Source of the DNA: Octopus bimaculoides
Lineage: Eukaryota
Reading direction: 5' to 3'
Length of the DNA: 64,000 nucleotides
NCBI RefSeq assembly: GCF_001194135.2
Contig: NC_068991.1
Location: 77,544,971 to 77,608,970, forward strand
Shown: in pieces, positions 37,501-51,697 of the stretch
How positions within the stretch are numbered: position 1 is the stretch's first letter
Layout of the letters: each line of letters opens with the position of its first letter
Notes under the pieces: model-generated
The model's input: the letters and a program-made list of their open reading frames with translations, nothing else
Told to the model about the DNA's origin: nothing
The model's database searches: none
Made by a program: the position numbers and the translations under genes

Positions 37501-39695
37501 ACATATTANNNNNNNNNNNNNNNNNNNNNNNNNNNNNNNNNNNNNNNNNNNNNNNNNNNNNNNNNNNNNNNNNNNNNNNNNNNNNNNNNNNNNNNNNNNN
37601 NNNNNNNNNNNNNNNNNNNNNNNNNNNNNNNNNNNNNNNNNNNNNNNNNNNNNTATTTTTTCATTGGTAATAATGAAAAAGTGAAGTATTCTGTTCTGAT
37701 ATTGAGAGCAAGTTTTTTTGTTTTTTTCTGGTTAATCCAGTGTCCTGTTATTCTAGAACATCCTCATGTCTGAGGAACTGACTGCACATTAACATAGTTC
37801 TAGAGTATCATGCCACCAGATTAACTTAGATAAACTCTGTGTGTGTGTGTGTATGTGTGTCTGTGTGTGTGTCTGTGTGTGGACGTATGTGTTTTACATT
37901 CACAAGGAATCCCCCAACAGTGACATATATATATATAATAATAGTTTCAAATTTTGGCACAAGGTCAGTAATTTTGAGGGGAGGGGCTAATTCAGTTACA
38001 TTGACCTTGGTGCTTAACTGGTACTAATTTTATCATCCTTGAAAGGATGAAAGGGAGAGTCAACCACAACAGAACACAAAGATGGCTGAATTGCCACTAA
38101 GCATCTCACGCAGAGTGCTAATGATTCTGTCAGCTCCCCATCTATGAAGATGCAATAATGTGGATATATTTCTGCCACTTATTTCGGAAGAGTTACTTCT
38201 GTAATCAGTGAGAAGATTAATCAATTCACGTTTCCTGAGATTAGACTGCTGAGTTTGTATTATCATACATAGATATATCGTACACACACACACTTATACG
38301 TATATTTATTATTTGATATGATATATACACACACACACATAGTATTCAGTTATGTTTCTCTTTGTGTTCTATGTTCCTCTCTGCCGAGTATATTTTGGCT
38401 TTCATCCATTCAGAGATTAATGAAACAAGTACCCAGTGAAAAGGGTTCTGATCACTCCTCTAAACCTCAGTTCTTGCAAAAGCTGACCTTGGATCAAAGG
38501 CAGCTGAAATCAAAATCAATAAGCTGGTATGTTTATGTTAATTGCTTCAACATATTATTTACTTAGATTCATTAAGCAGTAATATATAGACATTTCTCAG
38601 TTCCATATTATTATTATTGCTGTTTAATAATATGCAGTAATAATGAACATGTATGTTAAGTTCTGTATCTTCAGACTCAGTCCGCTCACAAATATTAAGG
38701 TGTTTTAGGGCAGGTAAAGGGTGTATGTGGAGCTCTTGCTGTTTAGCATAATTGAATATATTATTTTTTGTTCTAGATTTCTGATAAAATACGAGAACAT
38801 ATGTAACAAAATATAATAAACAAGTAACAAAAAGAAGGATGTTATTGCTAATGATTTATGTAGGGGAAAAAACAAAATAAGTGAAACAGAAATGAAACAT
38901 AACATAATGAAGATGATTTGGATATTATTGATTTACATTAATTAAATTATAGCATAATTAATTTAATTACTGAAAACTGTCATGTGCCTTGAAACATTCC
39001 AGAGGTCATTTTTGAAATAGAATGTATTGTTTTATCAAAGTGTATTGTAGAAAGCAGATACTGTTAGTGTATCAATAGGGAGCTGAACAATCAGCTGAAT
39101 GGTTTTCTGGTTTGTATTATCCTGTCATTGGTTTTCAATTGCTTCTGGTGAAGGTAGTTAACTTACAACTAACATATATTTTCCCACAACCCAAGTTACA
39201 ACCCCACTTTTCCCCCACCCTCTTGCTATCAAATGGAAAGAAATGGCCTGAAGCTTTCAATTCTTTAGTCTCCATAGCAATTGTAATTACTAAACTCTTC
39301 GATGAACCCTCTTTTCAACCATTCACTCCACTTAGATGTGTGAATTTTTCACTACTACTCTGTGGGCCACAGAGTAGTGAAAATTTACTGTTTTAAACAA
39401 CAAAAGTATTATAAAAGTAATGAGATTTCCAAAGGTTTTATTGCTAAGTTCAACTTCTCTAAGCAGTTACTTGACCAGTTAGAAATATCAGCCAATTTCA
39501 TTTTATATCTGACTATTTCATCTTTAAAATTATATAAACAATATGATATAAACAATATGAGAGATCACTATATGGATCTCTTGTATGCTAAAAATAGATG
39601 CCAAACCATTTTACCACTAAATCTGTGTTCTTAACTTAGTAAGATGCTAGATGTTAACGAGTTAGACAAATGAAAAGAAATAAACGTAGTACTTA

Positions 39696-39758
39696 ATTCC
39701 ATAGCTTAAGGTTTCGACATGAACAATTCAACAATTGTCTGTGTCTCCTCAGTGGAAT
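39696..39758 (-). ncRNA. putative hammerhead ribozyme, family C
   Basis: AUUCCA-CUGAGGA-GACA(CAG)ACAAUU GUUG AAUUGU(UCA)UGUC-GAAAC-CUUAAG-CUA^UGGAAU: perfect 6-bp stem I, canonical G-C-closed stem II, near-palindromic stem III with one C.C mismatch. Confidence 0.75.
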
Positions 39759-41824
39759 CGGTGCTGACACAACAATGGAACTGGACACAACCCGTTTCTG
39801 TGAGAGGATACGAATGTATACAGTTCCAATGTCATCTATTTGAACTTCGATTCAAACGCCCTCTTACTGGTGCATTAAACCAGAAAATAACTGCAAATGA
39901 ATGATATTCAGCAGTGAATCAACTGGCGAGAGAACACAGATATATGAAATTAAATGATAAGAGTAAAAATTAATATTATATGTCATAGACATGTGATATC
40001 TGAAAATTGGGGTGGTCATGACTGGAATGTTTTTACCTATAAACCTGCTTGACAAAGGCAGACTTTGGGCTAAACAAATTTTCTCATAGATATAGCTTAA
40101 AGAAAGGTGTCTTCTACAAGGCACACAACATAAAGTTTTGAGTAATGTACTTTATATTGAGATCTCACAGTGGACAGAAGAGTCCAAACTGATTACAGGT
40201 AACCCTAAAAACCCCTAACCAAATATTAAAAAAAAAAATATTAATTCATTCACCGAAGGCCACTGGTAGACTTTGGTTTGTAAGAAAGACAAATTTCTTC
40301 CCAGACAGGCATCTAGATTATTATGGTAATCTTATCTTCATGGCTTAGCAACCGTCCTACTGAGAGATTAGCTCAAGTAATAGATATTTATGGTCTTAGT
40401 CCAGAAAATGACAATGCAATATCTACAGTGGATTATTGAATCAAGATCTTGATTATTATAACTGAATGTTAATTTGATATCGTGTTTGTCTCCTGTTACT
40501 TGAAAACCAACTGGTGTTGGTTTGTTTTTGTTCTTGAAACTTACTGGTTCAGCAAAAGGAACCAATAGAATAAGTCCCAGACTTAAAATACAGACTGAGA
40601 TTGACTTGTTTGACTAAACCCTCCAAGGAAGTGCCCCAGCATGGCCACACTAACAGTGACTGAAAAATATTTTTAAAAATACATCTTTTCTATTTTGGAC
40701 ACAAAGCTGTTGAATGATGACAAAAAATTTTTGATCAATTATATTTTAATTTTATCATGGTGGTGCTCCAGCATGACCACAGCCACCTGGCTGAAACACA
40801 TAACTGAATAAACAAACAGAAACTCTTGTATCATGTTTGACTGTTTGTAGTCGGTGGGGTATCTTTACAATTATTGACTTCAGGAAAGAAGGGAATGTGA
40901 GAAATCGGATTTGTAGTGTCTGTGAATTTACCAAGAGAATTAGCCTCACAAATCGATTGATATATATATATGGCAATAGCCTGAAATCAAAACTGAGTAA
41001 CAAAAATCAGCTTTGCTTGAAGCTTGCATCAGCTCTATGAAACAAATTATACCAAGAATCCTTCTGGCTAACTTAGAAGAAAGTCATTTAAATTTATATA
41101 AAGATATCCATATTTTTTTCTAAATGGATTTTGGAAATATTCAAATGTACATCAAATTATGTGCTGCAAGACATAGAGAAATATTTGAAAAGGATTCTTG
41201 CAAAGAGAATACTGATAGATCGGAAAGTATTAAAACTGCTAATGCCTTGAAAGTATATCATTTCGGTGAGTAGATTCTCTACATTTTCCTCTGTCATATG
41301 GATGATTACATAAATAATTGCCTGGAATTTTATTTATTATAAACTGGGAGCCAACAAAACTTGTGCTGTGGTTGTGTGATGAGGCAAGAACAGAATCAGT
41401 CAAATCTTCTGGTTTCTCTCAATTTCTGTTCAGGGTTTATTTCCTAAACATCATATGCTTATGATTGCAATCAACAAGTTGAATTTATAATGGATTTCAT
41501 AATGAGCCTAAATCCCTGTGAATTACCCATTAAATAGGCTGTCTCTGTAATCTGTTAACAGCTGGATTATTCACCCACATTTGATTCCTCCCACAATTTT
41601 ATTATTGAATTTCATCCATAGTGTTTGTAGTTCGTTGACATGCTTTCCAAGTCCTCAATTATGTCCAAAATAATTAAATAAACTTCGAAACTATAACCAC
41701 TAAAATAGTAATATAAACTATGAAGGAATATATATGTGTGTGTGTGTGTGTGTGTGTTAAATAGAATGAGCCAACAAAGCCAAGGCTGTGTGGAATTTTC
41801 AGGACATTTACAAAGAGAAAGTTA

Positions 41825-41872
41825 GTCTTACAGCTGTTTCTGGGATATTAGGGATATCGCTTCATCAGAGAC
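41825..41872 (-). ncRNA. putative minimal hammerhead ribozyme, family B
   Basis: GUCU-CUGAUGA-AGCGAUAU CCCUA AUAUCCCA-GAAAC-AGCU-GUA^AGAC; palindromic stem III ACAGCUGU; 4-bp stem I. Confidence 0.7.
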
Positions 41873-42463
41873 AATGTGAGATGGTTAAATAGAGGGAAAT
41901 ATTAGAGTTCAATATAAAGAGTTATTTGACCTTTTCCTTTGACCTCTCTCCTCCTTTTAACATACACATCTCCCCTGTCTATCCACTGAATATTACCACT
42001 ACATCTCAATATTTCACTCCCACCACAAGACCCCTTTGAATGAAGAACACATGGAATCTACGTCTCTACACTTTCCATTTGTAATTACAAAATATGAACT
42101 CCTATTGGAATTTACATACTATCGACAAAAAGCATTTCTACACACCACTTTCCTTGGATAATGGAACTGCAATTATAACATCTCTATAGCACATACATAA
42201 CGTTACCTGCCACCCTTGGGTCTTCTGGATACCAATACCTCTCATACCTATATATATATATATATATATATACATATATGCATATGTTGGATAATAAAAT
42301 GAATGGTTTACACCTGGTAGCTTACTGGTAAAGCATGGTCACTTTCACATTAATTGTTATGTATATGGCAAATGAGAGATTGATGCTAGATGTGTCGAAA
42401 CAATTATCGTGATTAATGAATTCTCACATATTCCATCTTTCATTTGCCATATATATATATATA

Positions 42464-42522
<59 letters not shown>

Positions 42523-44560
42523 GATATAGTAACTGAATATATCATTTTTAAATGAGTAGAATATCTAAGTAGAAAGTGTGGTCACATGTGACAAAGAATT
42601 ATTAAATGAACTAAAAGATCTATGGATAACAACTGGCATTAGAAAGGGACACACATAATATCAAGCAAAGAGTATTTATATTAAAAGTAGCGCCCTCTAT
42701 TTCTTTTCTGAAGTAATAGCACATACGTGGCCATTGTGTTATTTTGCATCAGTTCTTCCATATTTAATTCTAATCTTTTACATATTGTTAAAGAATAAAT
42801 TGCTTTAGAAATTTGAGTGGAAATACCATCTTGTTTGTGTGATATCTAACAAAGCAGCCTCTACCGACTAATGAGGGAGATTTTACAGACTAACAAGGGA
42901 GAGCCTCTAAAGGCTAGCATTAAAACTTCTGCATGAGTTAATGAGGCAGCCTCTATGTGATCACTCAATCTGCAAGAAATTGCAGCCGAATTCCCCTCAT
43001 ATCAAAACTTGCCAGCTTAGAAATAGGAAGGCCACATTGGTTAATATATTCATAGACACACTCTTAAAAAGAAAAAAAAAAGATGAGATGAGTATCTATG
43101 AAATTACTTGATTCTAAAGAATAACAACTTAGAGCTAGATGAACTGAACCATTATTGCAGGGTTCAGTGGCCATCAGCAGACATTTGTGCCAGTAACACA
43201 ACAACAACAAAAGAATCTATTTGAATGTATTCAATTGTGTATGCCATGCTCCTTTTGTAAGAAGCAACATGGGAATCTTTATGTGGTTGAAAGAACTGAT
43301 AGGAATAACCACATTTCCCTAAATTTAAATCCTGTTCTCTGTTGAATAATGTAGTTCTAGATACAGAATGTCTTAAAGATGGGAATGTCATGGTTGGAAT
43401 ACCTTGGATCATGAGTCTGCTCAATCAAGGCTGATCTGTGGTTTAAGCTGCAACAACCATGCAGGTCTTGGTACCATAAAGGAAAAGGATGACAGTGGTG
43501 AATGTAGGATGGGTTTTCAGGCTGGGAATGTTGCTGCCAGTGGCAAAGTGGCAGAGTGGATTAGATGAACGAAGGAAGGAATATAGAAAAGAATTGACAA
43601 AAGGGAATGTCAAAAACTGAAAGAAAACACAAAAGGGAAACTCAACAAGGAGAGAAAGAAAGAAATACGAGAGAACAATACGATAAAATTGTATTAAATT
43701 GCATGGAGGCAAATTAATGTGGATCCATTGTTGTAAAAGTATTAAGTAATGCTTATATATCTGCATTTTAACTGCACCCAGAAAAAAAAAGGTGCATTTT
43801 TATGCAGTTAATATTGCTTTGTATTGTTTCAAGACAAAATGATTAATATTTTAAAATTCAAATTTTGCTCTGGAGAATTCATTTTCTGATAACATTGGAG
43901 AAGATTAAGGTTTTTAAAAATAATTAATTATTGTTCAGTCTTCATTTTGTTTGTTTCGTTAAAGTGTTGTCATAATTTCTTGAGTCTGCTATTACGCTCT
44001 GTACTTTACTGTTGTTATATTCAGAATTATCCTTGTTGCTGTGTTCAATGAATTTACTAGTAAATGCAAACCGTAGTTTAATGTGCATATATGCACTTGA
44101 GGCTACATACAGTTTCAGGAAAATAGTGATGTCTGACAGTAATCATTTGATTTGACACCAAATTAATTTTTATTTATAAAATTAATTAACTGAAATCTCT
44201 AAATCTTCCAACTTTTTACTGATACACTTATTCTCTCATTTATTATGCACATATCCATCATCAACAATGTCACATCTACATGTATTGCAATTTCATCAAA
44301 AATGTAGGTTAATTGTTAATGTGGCTCAGATATAAATACATTGTTAGAGTTTAACTCTTATGTATTCACATCTCAACACAATACCTTAGGCACATATGTA
44401 CAGCAAGGTTGTATACACTTGTCCTGCAAAATCATTAGCATGTAACTTTATTATAAATGTGCCTCAATATCAGATGTTCACACTTGCTGCAGTTTTACTA
44501 ATGTATATAATTAACATAACACCATCACCATGTGTAGTTAAATAAAATATGTACCCCAAA

Positions 44561-44717
44561 CTAGGGGGGACTGGTAGGATCGGTCCGTCCTGGGCAGCAC
44601 TTTTAAAGGGGCACCACTTTTGGATCTGCAGTAAGCAATATTTGTTTTTGTGGGGTCCGGGGGTGGTGGTAAATGGCCCTTCCACCCTGGGTGGCACACA
44701 CTCTAGCTACACTAGTG
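44561..44717. mobile_element. GC-rich hAT-type MITE with 8-bp TSD, left TIR truncated
   Basis: ACCCCAAA duplicated at 44553-60 and 44718-25; right end CTCTAGCTACACTAGTG. Confidence 0.65.
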
Positions 44718-46496
44718 ACCCCAAAGTGTTTTCATTACATGTGTACCATTTTATTGATTATTGTAGCTTAACATAATTCCTAACATAGACACAAGACTTC
44801 AGATTAGGGGTAGTGCAGAATCAGTCGATCAAATCAATGCTGGTACTTGAGTGGTGACTTTATCAACCCCAAAATGATGAAAGGCAAAGTTGACCTTAAC
44901 AGGATTTGATCTCAGAATGCAAAGAGCAGTACCTAAATGACACACCCATCTGAACAGCTTTTATATTATGCAAAGCATAATATGGTAACTGTGGAGATTG
45001 GCATGTTGTTATAATATTTGTGTCTTGGCATTATTGATATAGAAGTATCTTGTCTTACCATTATCAACATCTCTACTTCAGCAATACAAATACATGTTCT
45101 TTTACCAGATTACCAGTTTTATATACATACAGAAGTGTGCCCCCTTTATGTAATTTTCTGGCAGAATCAGCATGAAATAGTCAGTGGACATGGCTGTTTC
45201 TTTTCAATTACAGGTACAAAATACATCTGACAGGCTTCCATGAATTTATTGTCTCCTCATTTTCATTCACAAAGGATGGGCTGAGCCAAGGCTATTGAAA
45301 CTGACACTTGCCCAAGATTCCTCAGAGCAGGATTGAACCCAGCATTTCATGGTTGTAAAACGAACTTAACTATTTGGCCATACAGCACTTAGATATACAC
45401 ACACACACACACACACACGCGCGTATGGATGTGCATGTGTGTACATGTATCTGTACAGTTTGATACTTATTGATTGACTCTGTTTTACTAGTTAACTATT
45501 GGCAAATGTTACTGAGAGTTAAATCTGATCTGCAACTTGCTGTAACTTGTTATTTATCAATGATCAAACATTAGCCTATAGCTTGCTGTAACTTGTTATC
45601 AACCGATAGTCAAATCTGGTCCATGGCTGTGTATAAGTGACTATGTGACAACATGGTCATGCACATAGTAACTATTTGTGATTTTTGTCAAAATTGTTGC
45701 CTTTATTTATCAGAGCTAAAAATCTATAATTTGGTAACATCTGTTGTTTGAGAATAAAATCTCTTCTCTGGATTGCTGCTTTGTGCTAAAGGTCTAATAG
45801 TGTCCATAAATCAAATGAAAATTGCATAGATTTCTTGTTTTGAATGATAACTTTTCTAATACACTGTTGTGATTAACATTCATAAACTTTCTTTGTACAT
45901 ATTTTAAATATTAGAAAGTGAATAGTTTCAGGCTGACTTTAAAGCATTAAGCTATTAATATGAGACATCATTTTTATAAAAAATTGTTATATAATCATTT
46001 CAGTTTTATTATTTCTTTTTTTTTATTGTTTCCAGTCGTTGGAGTGCCACCTTGCTGGTGCACTATTTCCAATGGTCTTCATTGATCATATTGATTTCAA
46101 TATCGGTTTCATCCTGGTATTTATTTCATAAAATTTCTATTCTCTATTCATCAAATCACTAAGAAGTTAGGTTCTACTTTTTTTTATACAAGGGGCACAA
46201 CTTGACACAATACATATATACATACACATACATACACACATATACATACAAACATTCATGCATACAAACATGCATGCATGCATGCTACAATCAGTGCACA
46301 CATGTCAAAATGAAATGGAATGTGCACTCAGTCACACATACACACAATCACATATGTATACATACATGTGTATATAAACATACACACATATATGACATAA
46401 TATATTATAAACAAACTAGATACTTTGACAGATTAATATACAGTCTCAAACGAAAATTACTTTTATTACTAACCGCAAGAGTAATGCATCAACGTC

Positions 46497-46600
<104 letters not shown>

Positions 46601-47307
46601 CAAGACAAAAGAGAACCAAGCTAAGGAGCCAACACTGAAACAACAAAAGCTACAGTAAATACAATAATAATAATATGTTGACCCCTTTTTCCTGGTAACA
46701 ACAAAACTGACGTGCAAATGACTTCTCAAGATTTCAAGCTTCACTTGTATCTAACAAAATTTCCTAGAATTTATTCTTATAAACGGTGCAGCAAAATAAT
46801 GTTCTGGTCCATCACAATTGCACTTATTAATGCACAACCTTCCTTCATCTCTATACAAAAATATATATTCTGTGTTGCAACAAAAGGTTTTTCTCCTTTA
46901 TGTTTCCCTATTCTTTGGATTCATGGCTAAAGCCTTTTGGTACCTCCTAGTAGCATCTCCCTATTTTCCATTTATACATTACCATCTCATCCACATGCAT
47001 TTCAATCATACATTTACAAATTAGACAGAACCCTACCTCTGCTGCAAGTATCAATCAAATCTACTACTCCCTTCGCTAGACAACATGATCTTCTACAACA
47101 CATCACACTAAACGAACCCCAACATCTCCCCCTTCTCCCCCCTCTCGCGTGGAAAATCAATGTTCTTTGGTTGCGCAAAACAAAATGAAATACTAACATT
47201 GAAGAGGATAAGTGGTGGTCTGTGTCGACAAAAATCAGTTTAATAAAGTTCCCAAGAGGGAATAAGTTAGTGTGTTGTTAAGAAGAGAGGACGTTTCTAA
47301 TGTTTTG

Positions 47308-47359
<52 letters not shown>

Positions 47360-48430
47360 AGCTTCTTTAGATATAACACATCAATAACTAACATATTTGT
47401 TGAAATGAATACAACCAAAAAGAAAAATGAAGAAAAAAAAGAGGTTAAATGCACAGAAAGCACTCAAACAACATTTGGACAAAATAAAAGAAACCATTCC
47501 ATGAATATACAAGAAGTACATAAGAACTATTGGTGAATAATGTCAGATTTGCTTGAATAATCTTAGTTGATGGGAGTTTTTCAACTCACTATATTCTATG
47601 TGTGAGACCCTAACCTACTTTTTACATTGGAGGCAATTACAATTACAAATCAGAACAAAATGGGGGAAAAAAAAATATCATCCCAAACTCTGCTCCCTTC
47701 ATCATAAAAGACCAGCTATCATCTATATGTATGTATGCAGGTATGCATGTGTGTGTATGTGTATATGTGTGAATATATATATATGTAGATGTGTGAATTC
47801 TTTTCTTCCTTGGCTATCGCCAAGCAAACATACGAACCTACTTCGTCCCGCTTCCTTCCAGTTCGTTGCTTCACAGCATTCAATATATGCATAATATTTC
47901 ACGTCTGGCCTTAAAGCCTTTTCCGTTTGTTTTCCTGTCTTGTTTTCTGTCTGCCACTACATTCCTCCATGGTACAAATTTAATTTGTGGTCCATGGGAA
48001 GAGCTATTTTAACAATGCGTCCTGCCCTAACTCTTCGAAACACCTATGTTAGAATGGTGGCAGCTGATGAAGGAAAATGTTCACTATGTGGCCTGTGTGT
48101 TTTCTGTACTCTGATTATTATTTTTTTTTTTTGTCTACGTTTTGTTTGCAACGTCCTGTACTCAGATATGCACCTATACATACAGGTAGATGTAGGTATG
48201 CACATACTTGTACGTATATATGCATATACTCATTTATTATTTGTTTTNNNNNNNNNNNNNNNNNNNNNNNNNNNNNNNNNNNNNNNNNNNNNNNNNNNNN
48301 NNNNNNNNNNNNNNNNNNNNNNNNNNNNNNNNNNNNNNNNNNNNNNNNNNNNNNNNNNNNNNNNNNNNNNNNNNNNNNNNNNNNNNNNNNNNNNNNNNNN
48401 NNNNNNNNNNNNNNNNNNNNNNNNNNNNNN

Positions 48431-48479
<49 letters not shown>

Positions 48480-48944
48480 TGTCTGTGCACATATCGCATA
48501 CACCCACATACTTGCATACACAACACTCTGCTGAAATTTCACATTATCATTCATAAACTAATAAGATTCTGATTGAGATTTTAATTAAAATTACTTTTTA
48601 ATTTGCAATCAGCTTCAGAAAATTGATAGCATGGAATGAAAGGAAAGGTGTTCCCAAGGGAGTTCATAACATAGCAACAGGCAAGAAGAAAGTCTCAGGT
48701 AGATTGGTAAGAGAGGATCAAATTTGCATGTATTTTATCTCATCTCTTGTGAACCACATTGGTTACAGATTTAGAACAGGTAAATTGCTGTTTTACAGCA
48801 TTTATGATGGTGAGACTGACAAGAAATAATCAGTGTAAATCAGGCAGAATAAATACCACAAAACTTTCCAGGCATTATTTACAACTTCCATAGATTTGTG
48901 AAATGCTTTCTCATGCACATGCACACACACGTGCACGTACACAC

Positions 48945-49320
48945 ATGCAGATGTGACTGTGTGGTTTAAAAGTTTGTTTCCCAACCATATGGTTCTGGGT
49001 TCAGTCCCACTCTATAGCACATTCTGTACATGTCTTCTACTATAGCCCTGGGCAGACCAAAGCTTTCTGAGAGGATCTGGTACACAGAAACTGAAACAAG
49101 CTCATCGAGTGTGTGTGTGTGTCAATTTCCTTGTCTTTACATCACATGATAGCTGTAAAGGAGTGTCACTGTCATACAAGCAGTGTCGTTCATTTCCAGT
49201 ATCCTACGAAAGCATGTCTGCTCATGGAGAGATATGACCTTGCTAGAAAACAGGTAAGATTTGGAGACAAGGGGGGCATCTCGTTGTAGAAAATTTATCT
49301 CAATAAACTTTATCTAACCA
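48945..49320 (+). mobile_element. SINE family Y copy
   Basis: GACTGTGTGGTTTAAAAGTTTGTTTCCCAACCATATGGTTCTGGGTTCAGTCCC head plus body. Confidence 0.75.
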
Positions 49321-49367
49321 TCAGATACCAGGGGAAAAAAACTAGAAGTAGTTTAGCTTCCATTACC

Positions 49368-49785
49368 TAGGTGACCAAGTCAGTAGTTGGGAGTAGATGC
49401 TCTGAGATCGTAGCTGCTAGAATAAGAATAGCCTGGGCAAAGTTCAGAGAGCTCCTACTTCTGCTGTTAGCAAAAGGCCATTTGCTCAGAATGAAAGGTG
49501 GACTGTATGATACATGTGTGTGAACAGCCATGCTACATGGCAGTAAAACTTGGGCTGTAACTGCTGAGGACATGCATAGGCTGGAAAGAAATGAAACTAG
49601 TATGCTCTGCTGGATGTGCAATGTCAGTGTGCATACACGACAGAGTGTAAGCACCCTGAGAAGAAAGTTGAACATAAGAAGAATCATATGTGGTGTGCAA
49701 GAGAGACGACTGCACTGGTACGGTCATGTGTTGCATATGGATGAGGACAGGTGTGTGAAGAAGTGTCACACCCTAACAGTGGCAC
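49368..49785 (+). mobile_element. RTE-clade LINE RT C-terminal fragment
   Basis: AWAKFRELL...GGLYDTCV*TAMLHGSKTWAVTAEDMHRLERNETSMLCWMCNVSVH...QERRLHWYGHVLHMDEDRCVKKC. Confidence 0.9.
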
Positions 49786-49929
49786 ATCAACACCATCTTC
49801 TCTCTCTCTTCTTTCTCTCTCAGTGTTTGTTGTCTTTCCCCCTCTCTCTCTCTCTCCTTCTGTCTCTCTGTCATAGTTTAATCTTTCCTCGCCTGGCACA
49901 GAGCCATCTTCTTCAATGGCTCTCATTCA

Positions 49930-50165
49930 CTTGATGGGTCTTTGCCTTGCAGGATACTCAGTGACCTCATTGGTGTTGGTGCTACATAAAATGCACCCAG
50001 TACACTCTGTAAAGTGGCCAGTGCTAGGAAGGGCATCCAACCATAGAAACCAGGCCAAAGCAGACACCAGTGAAGTCCTCTGGTTTTGCCAGCTGCTGAG
50101 AAAATTGTCCAACACCATGCCAGCATGGAAAACATGATAAATGGTGATGATGACCATGATGACCA
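49930..50165 (+). mobile_element. RTE-type 3'UTR/tail fragment ending in (GAT)n-like repeats
   Basis: GGAAGGGCATCCAACCATAGAAACC...CCATGCCAGCATGGAAAAC...GATGATGA. Confidence 0.7.
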
Positions 50166-51697
50166 TGATGGTGCATATATGGTGTGTGTCTGGCCATAGA
50201 AAATCCGATCCATGCAGAAATGAACAAGAAATGATGAGGTCAACAATGGTGACAGGTTTCTGCAGACTTCATTTGGAAGTTTTTGAACATCAGAGGCCAT
50301 GGCAGAAAGTTCTTACTTGAAGTGCTTTGACAGTAGGATTGAACTCAGTACCACATGGCTGTACAGTGAACTGCTTGAGTACACAGCCCTTCCTGTACCC
50401 ATAGTAATATGGGATTAGGGTGGGGAGGATCTCAGACCACTGGATGCAGAATGTACAAGGGTTTTCTTTCCAGTCTGTAAATTAATTAATCTACCTGACA
50501 TAATTATGCTGGAGTAGAGCTAACAACATCACAAGATCACAAATAATCTTGATAAAGAAATTTTATCAGGAACAACCACAGCAACAAATCAAAGAAGTCA
50601 CTACTATGTGGTCATTTGATCTACAAGAAATAGCAGCTAACTTTCTCTCAATTTACATTCTGCTGTCTTAAGAAAGAACTCATTGCATAATGGAGCATTA
50701 TATAAACTATGTCATAACTCAAAAAGAATAGAACAGATGTGTTGGTCATGGCTAGAATGCTTTTGATCATAGATCTGTTCAGTCAGGCCCAATGAGGAAC
50801 AAAACAATGACCACAACAATGGAACATAACTACAGTAGCCACAGGAATAACAACTACCAAAAGGGAGTCTCTGTCTCTCTCTCTCTGTAGTTGGTCAATT
50901 GATCTACTGTTAAAAAAGAAATGAGTTGGTTTCATCTTAAATGCCTTTGATCGTAAGCCTGTTCAGTCAATGCTGATCTCAGAGTTAAACAACAACAACA
51001 CTAACAACAATACTCACAATTCCGACTACAAGTTCTCTGAATGAAACCTTTTTTTAAATAAAGGCTGATTGTGATACAAATCTTTCTGTGGTTACTATAA
51101 AATATGCGTAGACAGTTATATTGTCGACATCACAGACTCTGTTAGCGGCCGGCAGCAGCAGCTGCACCTAAGCACAGTCCACAGCAAGATCAATAATATT
51201 TGCTTACATCAAAATAATAAAACAAAGAAGTGAAGAATGGTAATTGCTAAAATCCAGACATTTTAGATTTTGGAAGTAAACAGAAGGACTTCGAAGATTT
51301 GATACATCAATTGTAATGTGTGTGTGAAGGGGTGGGGCATGGCGTGTGTGTGTGTGTGTGTGTAAAGGGGTGGGGCATGGCGTGTGTGTGTGTGTGTCTG
51401 CGTATAATGCATTTGAATTTACAAACGAGGGGGCAAAAAACTAACTCAATTGAGAATTAGAGTGTGATTACTGATTGTAGTGCTGCGGCTTCTCAATGTG
51501 ATAGTATGCCGGGTGCCATCTGGTCTCCCTGCTGATCACAGAATGGAAGGCTTTATTGTAAACCCCTGTATTTAGGAGAAATAGGAGTTGCCTGGGTGGT
51601 TAGGGATACAGAAAAAAGGGGGAAGTCATGGAAGTGAAAAATTAGGAGTCAAATAACAATAGAAAAAAAGAAAAAGAAGTAGTTATATACATATAAA

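Noticed and set aside
42363-42450. TTGATGC...GAAACAATTATC inside a short TATGGCAAATGA inverted repeat
   Set aside because: Needs three core substitutions and has no stem I.
48025-48090. GAAAC...CTGATGA-AG-GAAA as a type I/II hammerhead
   Set aside because: No workable stem I or stem II.
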